A stretch of 64,000 bases of DNA from an uncultured Mycoplasmatota bacterium (GTDB lineage Bacteria; Bacillota_I; Bacilli_A; RF39; UBA660), in contig URPE01000001.1 in the NCBI GenBank assembly GCA_900549625.1, positions 39,842-103,841 of the forward strand, read 5' to 3'. Positions 59,562 to 64,000 of this stretch are shown here, in pieces. Position numbers and translations under genes: made by a program. Within the stretch, counting starts at the first letter, position 1. Each line of letters opens with the position of its first letter. The notes below the pieces were generated by a model. That model searched no databases and was not told where the DNA came from. It worked only from the letters and a program-made list of their open reading frames with translations.

Positions 59562-59745
59562 AAGGAATACCTAAATGTACAGAAAACTATATGATTAATA
59601 GACATAACAAATATTAACTCTAATTAAAGAGAGTCTGAGATATTAAAATCAGATTCTTTTTTGTTATTAAAAATAACCAGCTAAATACTAGGTGAATTGA
59701 AAATTATATGCTAAAATAATTACATAAGATATTTGGAGGTGTAAT

Positions 59746-60357
59746 ATGAATCTGTTAGGCAGCAAAACACTTACAACAGAAAGATTGCTTTTAAAAAGTT
59801 CTAAAATGGCAGAGCAAAAAAGATTATGGGAGATTCTAATGATACCGAGCGTAAACAAATGGTACTTAGTCGGTGCTAAAAAACACGCAGGCGATCCTAC
59901 TCACTGGGCTTGGGAAACGCAAGAAAGATTTTATGAATCTAAAGTAGCACAAGCAGATAATAAAGACACATTTGTCTGGAGTGTATTTCTAAAAGGACAG
60001 TACACTTGCAGTGGGCACGAAGAGGTAATTGGTCAAGTGTCAGCCCAAAGAAGGGAAGAAGACATTACTATTCGTGATGTTGGCTGGTATATTGATCCTA
60101 ATTATCAGAAAAAAGGCTATGCAACTGAAGCGGCTAAAGCAATGATAGATTATATGTTTAAAGATGTAGAAATAAATAGTATCTTATCAGAAGCCGTGAA
60201 AGATAATGAAGCATCTTGTAAAATTTTTGAAAAGTTAGGCTTTAACAAAATTGCCGAAGAAACCCAAGAATCACCTTATACTTTTTACGATGGTTTATTA
60301 ACTTTTTCTATATACGAATTAACAAAGGAGAAATATTTTAAGAATGAAAATAATTGA
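59746..60357 (+). CDS. GNAT N-acetyltransferase (RimJ/RimL-like)
   Basis: TERLLLK N-terminus. QKKGYATEAAKAMIDY acetyl-CoA motif. Confidence 0.7.
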   Translation: MNLLGSKTLTTERLLLKSSKMAEQKRLWEILMIPSVNKWYLVGAKKHAGDPTHWAWETQERFYESKVAQADNKDTFVWSVFLKGQYTCSGHEEVIGQVSAQRREEDITIRDVGWYIDPNYQKKGYATEAAKAMIDYMFKDVEINSILSEAVKDNEASCKIFEKLGFNKIAEETQESPYTFYDGLLTFSIYELTKEKYFKNENN

Positions 60358-60829
60358 ATATACAGATGCATACTTAGAAGATATGAAGGATTTATTAGTT
60401 GAACTTGAAGAATATATTTTAAAGATTGATAAAGATAATCTTGATATAATACACCCTGAATATAAAGAAAAAATGCTTCTTTTAGACTTAAATACTATTA
60501 AAGAAAATAATGGTAAGGCGTATTTAGCTGTACAAAACAATAAAGCAATTGGTTTAATTATGGGTTTTGTAAGAAAATACGATGAATATGATTATTTAGA
60601 CTATAAATGTCCAAAAGCAGGTATAATATCAGAACTAATTGTTAGGAAAGATAGTAGAACTAAAGGTGCTGGTAAAATGCTTATGGATAAGATAGAAAAA
60701 TATTTTAAATCAATTGGATGTGAATATGTTTTTGTGGATTGTTTTGCTTATAACGAAAAAGGTCGTCTTTTCTATGAAAAGATGGGTTATCATCCAAGAA
60801 TGATTACCAATATAAAGAAAATAGCTTAA
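60344..60829 (+). CDS. GNAT N-acetyltransferase
   Basis: RTKGAGKMLMDKIEKYF (R/Q-x-x-G-x-G/A motif). 161 aa. Confidence 0.7.
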   Translation: MKIIEYTDAYLEDMKDLLVELEEYILKIDKDNLDIIHPEYKEKMLLLDLNTIKENNGKAYLAVQNNKAIGLIMGFVRKYDEYDYLDYKCPKAGIISELIVRKDSRTKGAGKMLMDKIEKYFKSIGCEYVFVDCFAYNEKGRLFYEKMGYHPRMITNIKKIA

Positions 60830-60990
60830 AAATGCTTGCATATGCAAAAAACAGCATTAAACTCAATTAACTATAAAAAAAGATACTATTTAATTGGCGA
60901 TTAGGATGCAATTTATGGTTAGATTTGAATGATTTATATTGCAAAAACTGTAATTTTGAATTTAATGATTTTAATAGGAAGTGTAAAAAT

Positions 60991-61521
60991 ATGAATGATG
61001 GAAAATTAAAATTAAGGCAATTAATTGATAGCAATGATGATTACAAAAAATTAGAAAAATGGTATCAAGAAGAAGAAATATATTCACATTTTGAACAAAG
61101 AAAATTAAATTATAAAGAAATAAAAGAAAAATATTATCCAAGAACATTAAAAGAGGCTAAAATTCCTGTTTATATGATTGAATATGATAAAATACCGATA
61201 GGAATAATACAATATCAGCTAATAAACTCTGAAAATAAGAAACTTTATAATATTAATTATAATAAATGCTTTGAAATAGACATCTTTATAGGAGAATTAA
61301 ATATGCAAGGACAAGGTATTGGTGAAAAAGCAATTAATCTTTTAAGCAAATATTTATTTAAAGAAGAAAATGCCGAATCTTTAGTTATGTGTCCTTTAAA
61401 AGATAATATACCTGCAATTAAATGCTATAAAAAATGTGGCTTTAAAATCAATAATTTATTTAAAACAGAAGATACTATTGGCGACTTACAAGAATATTTT
61501 TTAATGATAAAAGAACGATAA
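60991..61521 (+). CDS. GNAT N-acetyltransferase, AAC(6')-like architecture
   Basis: LKLRQLIDSNDDYKKLEKWY.., IDIFIGELNMQGQGIGEKAINLL and NIPAIKCYKKCGF parallel the remembered AAC(6')-Ie domain layout. ATG 60991 is preferred over TTG 60925. Confidence 0.6.
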   Translation: MNDGKLKLRQLIDSNDDYKKLEKWYQEEEIYSHFEQRKLNYKEIKEKYYPRTLKEAKIPVYMIEYDKIPIGIIQYQLINSENKKLYNINYNKCFEIDIFIGELNMQGQGIGEKAINLLSKYLFKEENAESLVMCPLKDNIPAIKCYKKCGFKINNLFKTEDTIGDLQEYFLMIKER

Positions 61522-61794
61522 TTTTTAATAGGGGATTTAATAAATAAATTTTGCTTAAGAATATTAAAGAGAGTTAAAACATATTACAGCATGACTTTAA
61601 AAAGAATAATGAATATATTAAGTCTAAATTTAGCCAACACCTTTTTTAGATTTTTTAGCATTAGCAAATAAGAACACATAATGTAGATAAGGGATTGTTT
61701 TTCTATTGTTTTGCCAAAATATAGATAATTTTAAGAAAAAAGACTATGAAATTATTTCTTGTAAGTCTTTGTTATGAAAAATTGCATTAAACAA

Positions 61795-61982
61795 TTGACA
61801 AACAGTATAAAATTTAGTAGAATGTCATTGTTATTGAAAAAGAAACGAGATCCACTCGTTCACCTTAGTATAATAGTACTGGGTTAAAATTAAAGAAATT
61901 GTTGTTTTATTGTTTTTTATTTCTTTCAATTTTATAGGTGGATCTTCGGATCCGCTTTTTCATTGTATGGAGGTGCATTTTT
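61795..61982 (+). promoter_or_regulatory. promoter and L20-leader-like attenuator upstream of infC-rpmI-rplT
   Basis: TTGACA-17 nt-TAGAAT (61795-61823). The terminator is a GGTGGATC/GATCCGC stem with a TTCG loop, followed by T5 (61938-61960). Upstream GATCCAC (61849-61855) can pair with GTGGATC as an alternative structure. Confidence 0.6.
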
Positions 61983-62507
61983 ATAGCAAAGAAAACAGAT
62001 GAATTACCAATTAATGATAATATTCGAGTAAGCGAATTATTGGTAATTGGACCTAATGGAGAACAAATGGGAATTAAGTCTTTACAAGATGCGAAGACTA
62101 TTGCCAATTTTGCTGGTTTAGATTTAGTATTAATGAGCGGTGATGCCGTTCCAGCAGTTGGTAAAATTATGGACTATAATAAGTATCGTTATGAAAAGCA
62201 AAAAAAAGCTAAAGATGCTTTAAAAAAACAACGTGAAACAAACAAAGATATGAAAGAGTTTAGATTATCTCCTAATATAGATGTTCATGATTTTGATACA
62301 CGTGTTAAAAATGCTTTAGATTACTTAAATAAAGGTCATAAAGTACGTGGTTTTATCCGTTTCAAAGGAAGACAAATGGCTCATCCAGAATTAGGACGTG
62401 AAGTGTTAAACAATTTTGCTTTAAAACTAGAAGAAGTAAGCATAGTAGAAACGCCAGTTAAACAAGATGGCAGAAATATGTTTATTATTCTAGCACCAAA
62501 AAAATAA
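61983..62507 (+). CDS. infC: translation initiation factor IF-3 (probable non-canonical ATA start)
   Basis: IAKKTDELPINDNIRVSELLVIGPNGEQMG.. is the canonical IF3 N-terminus. GGAGG (61969-61973) lies 9 nt upstream of ATA 61983. The GTG 61938 start in the ORF track lies inside the attenuator hairpin. Confidence 0.85.
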   Translation: MAKKTDELPINDNIRVSELLVIGPNGEQMGIKSLQDAKTIANFAGLDLVLMSGDAVPAVGKIMDYNKYRYEKQKKAKDALKKQRETNKDMKEFRLSPNIDVHDFDTRVKNALDYLNKGHKVRGFIRFKGRQMAHPELGREVLNNFALKLEEVSIVETPVKQDGRNMFIILAPKK

Positions 62508-62526
62508 GGAAAGAAGGAAGTTAAAG

Positions 62527-62724
62527 ATGGCTAAGGGACCAAAAATGAAAACTCATAAAGCAAGTAGTAAAGTTTTCAAAAAGAAAAAAAATGGAGACTT
62601 AACTTACAAAGTTGGTGGCGGTAACCACAAAACAAGTAAGGATAGTTCAAAACAAATTCGTCAAAGACGTAACAAAGGTGTATTAAGTAAAGGAGAAGCT
62701 AGCAGAATTAAATCTGTTATCTAG
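62527..62724 (+). CDS. rpmI: 50S ribosomal protein L35
   Basis: 65 aa, MKTHKASSK..., very basic, between infC and rplT. Confidence 0.9.
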   Translation: MAKGPKMKTHKASSKVFKKKKNGDLTYKVGGGNHKTSKDSSKQIRQRRNKGVLSKGEASRIKSVI

Positions 62725-62739
62725 TAAGGTGGTGAAAAT

Positions 62740-63285
62740 ATGGCAAGAGTTAAAGGTGGAACTGTATCAAAAAACAGAAGAAGAAAAGTATTAAAACAAG
62801 CAAAAGGTTATTTTGGAAGCAAACATCGTTTATATAAAACTGCTCAAGAACAAGTTTTCCATAGTGGAGCTTATGCTTATAGAGATAGAAGACAAAAGAA
62901 AAGAGATTTTAGAAAATTATGGATTACTCGTATCAATGCTGCATGTCGTATGAATGATATTAGTTATTCTAAATTCATGAATGGTCTTGCTATTGCAGGT
63001 GTAGAAATTAACCGTAAAATGTTAAGTGAACTTGCAATTGACAATCCTAGTGCATTCACTGAATTAGTTGCAGTTTCTAAAAAAGCTTTAAATGGTGAAG
63101 TAGAAGCACCTAAAAAAGAAGAAAAGAAAGTTGAAACAAAAAAAGAAACTGTTAAAGAAGAAAAAAAAGAATCTAAAGATTATAGTAAAATGACTTTAAC
63201 TGAATTAAAAGCTATTGCAAAAGAACAAGGTATCAAAGGTTATTCTACTATGAAAAAAGATGAATTAATCAGTAATTTAAAATAA
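62740..63285 (+). CDS. rplT: 50S ribosomal protein L20 with a ~60-aa C-terminal K/E-rich linker and HeH (Rho_N/SAP-like) motif
   Basis: [26 protein letters not shown].. is canonical L20 (about 118 aa). It is followed by [20 protein letters not shown] and [30 protein letters not shown]. Confidence 0.9.
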   Translation: MARVKGGTVSKNRRRKVLKQAKGYFGSKHRLYKTAQEQVFHSGAYAYRDRRQKKRDFRKLWITRINAACRMNDISYSKFMNGLAIAGVEINRKMLSELAIDNPSAFTELVAVSKKALNGEVEAPKKEEKKVETKKETVKEEKKESKDYSKMTLTELKAIAKEQGIKGYSTMKKDELISNLK

Positions 63286-63356
63286 TGTAAAGTCCCCTTT
63301 TTTATGGGGCTTTTTTTTGCTATAATTTATTTATAATTTAAAGAAAAGGTGAATAT

Positions 63357-64000
63357 ATGAATATTTATGATACTATAATAATTGGTGGTGGGCCAGCAGG
63401 TTTATGCGCGGCAATTTATTTGTTAAGAGCAAATAAGAATGTATTATTATTTGAAAGTGAAACACTAGGTGGGGCTATTACTAAAAGTGATATTGTCGAA
63501 AATTATCCTGGTATTTCTGAAATATCTGGTTTAGAACTAGGTAGTAATATGGCTAATCAGGCTAAAAATTTAGGCCTAGAAATTATTATGCAAAAAGTTT
63601 TGGCAATTACTAAAGAAAAAGACATATTTTCCGTTTCAGTAAACAATAATAAATATTATGCTAAAACTATTGTGTATGCAACTGGTACTAGACCACGTAT
63701 GTTAGATTGTAAGGGAGCAGTGTCATTTATTGGTAAAGGGGTTAGCACGTGTGCTACTTGTGATGGTTTTTTCTTTAAGAATAAAAGCGTTTTAGTAGTG
63801 GGTGGCGGAAATACTGCTTTAACTGATGCTTTATATTTAAGTAACATTTGTTCCCATGTTTACATTTCTTACCGTCGTGACAACTTAAGAGGTGAACCGT
63901 TAAAAATAAAAAGACTTAAAAGCAAAGAAAATGTAACTATTCTTTATAACAGTATTGTAAAAGAAATTATCGGTAAAGATGTGATAGAAAAAGTATCTCT
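63357..64000 (+). CDS. trxB: thioredoxin-disulfide reductase (partial, runs off window end)
   Basis: YDTIIIGGGPAGLCAAIY (FAD GxGxxG), redox CATCDG, second nucleotide motif VVGGGNTAL. Confidence 0.85.
   Translation, partial: MNIYDTIIIGGGPAGLCAAIYLLRANKNVLLFESETLGGAITKSDIVENYPGISEISGLELGSNMANQAKNLGLEIIMQKVLAITKEKDIFSVSVNNNKYYAKTIVYATGTRPRMLDCKGAVSFIGKGVSTCATCDGFFFKNKSVLVVGGGNTALTDALYLSNICSHVYISYRRDNLRGEPLKIKRLKSKENVTILYNSIVKEIIGKDVIEKVS

Noticed and set aside
1-64000. Search for CRISPR arrays, rRNA operons, IS elements/transposases and integrases
   Set aside because: No regularly spaced direct repeats, rRNA-like sequence, inverted-repeat-bounded transposase ORFs or tyrosine/serine recombinase motifs were seen on either strand.

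Overview
AT-rich (about 30% GC by eye, not computed) chromosomal segment from a Bacillota-type bacterium using the standard code: TGA ends several genes and Trp is TGG. Most of the window is housekeeping DNA in Bacillus-like synteny blocks: ezrA plus cysteine desulfurase; ruvA-ruvB; T-box/aminopeptidase/tyrS; ybxB-like methyltransferase-rpoB-rpoC; T-box/glyQS; sufC-sufD(short)-sufS-sufU; lspA-rluD; rhomboid; lexA next to tkt and a sirA-like gene; tmcAL next to yceD-rpmF; sporulation-type genes (GerM-like, GerE-like, SpoIIIAH-like); PBP5 and VanY-type carboxypeptidases; three GNATs; infC-rpmI-rplT; trxB. Two tRNAs are present, Thr-GGU on the minus strand and Arg-UCU on the plus strand. No rRNA, CRISPR array, transposase or integrase was seen. 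The main accessory pocket is a 3.45 kb insert flanked by a 318-bp duplication of the ruvB 3' end. It carries a Cys-rich DUF2797-like protein, a protein with a PNP/nucleosidase-fold C-terminal half, and a convergent CYTH protein. This is my best candidate for an undescribed nucleotide-centred (possibly defence) module, and a DUF3800 gene lies next to it. Other accessory or unusual items are an orphan VirD4/TraG-like ATPase, a C39-ABC exporter with two unannotated double-glycine peptides, three unannotated small hydrophobic ORFs (one at the yneA position behind LexA-type boxes), a 183-bp direct repeat bracketing a two-gene cassette, L32 with an L27/Prp-type N-terminal propeptide, L20 with a C-terminal HeH (Rho_N-like) domain, and a PgsA-HD fusion. 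All calls rest on reading the sequence and remembered family motifs. No database search was run.
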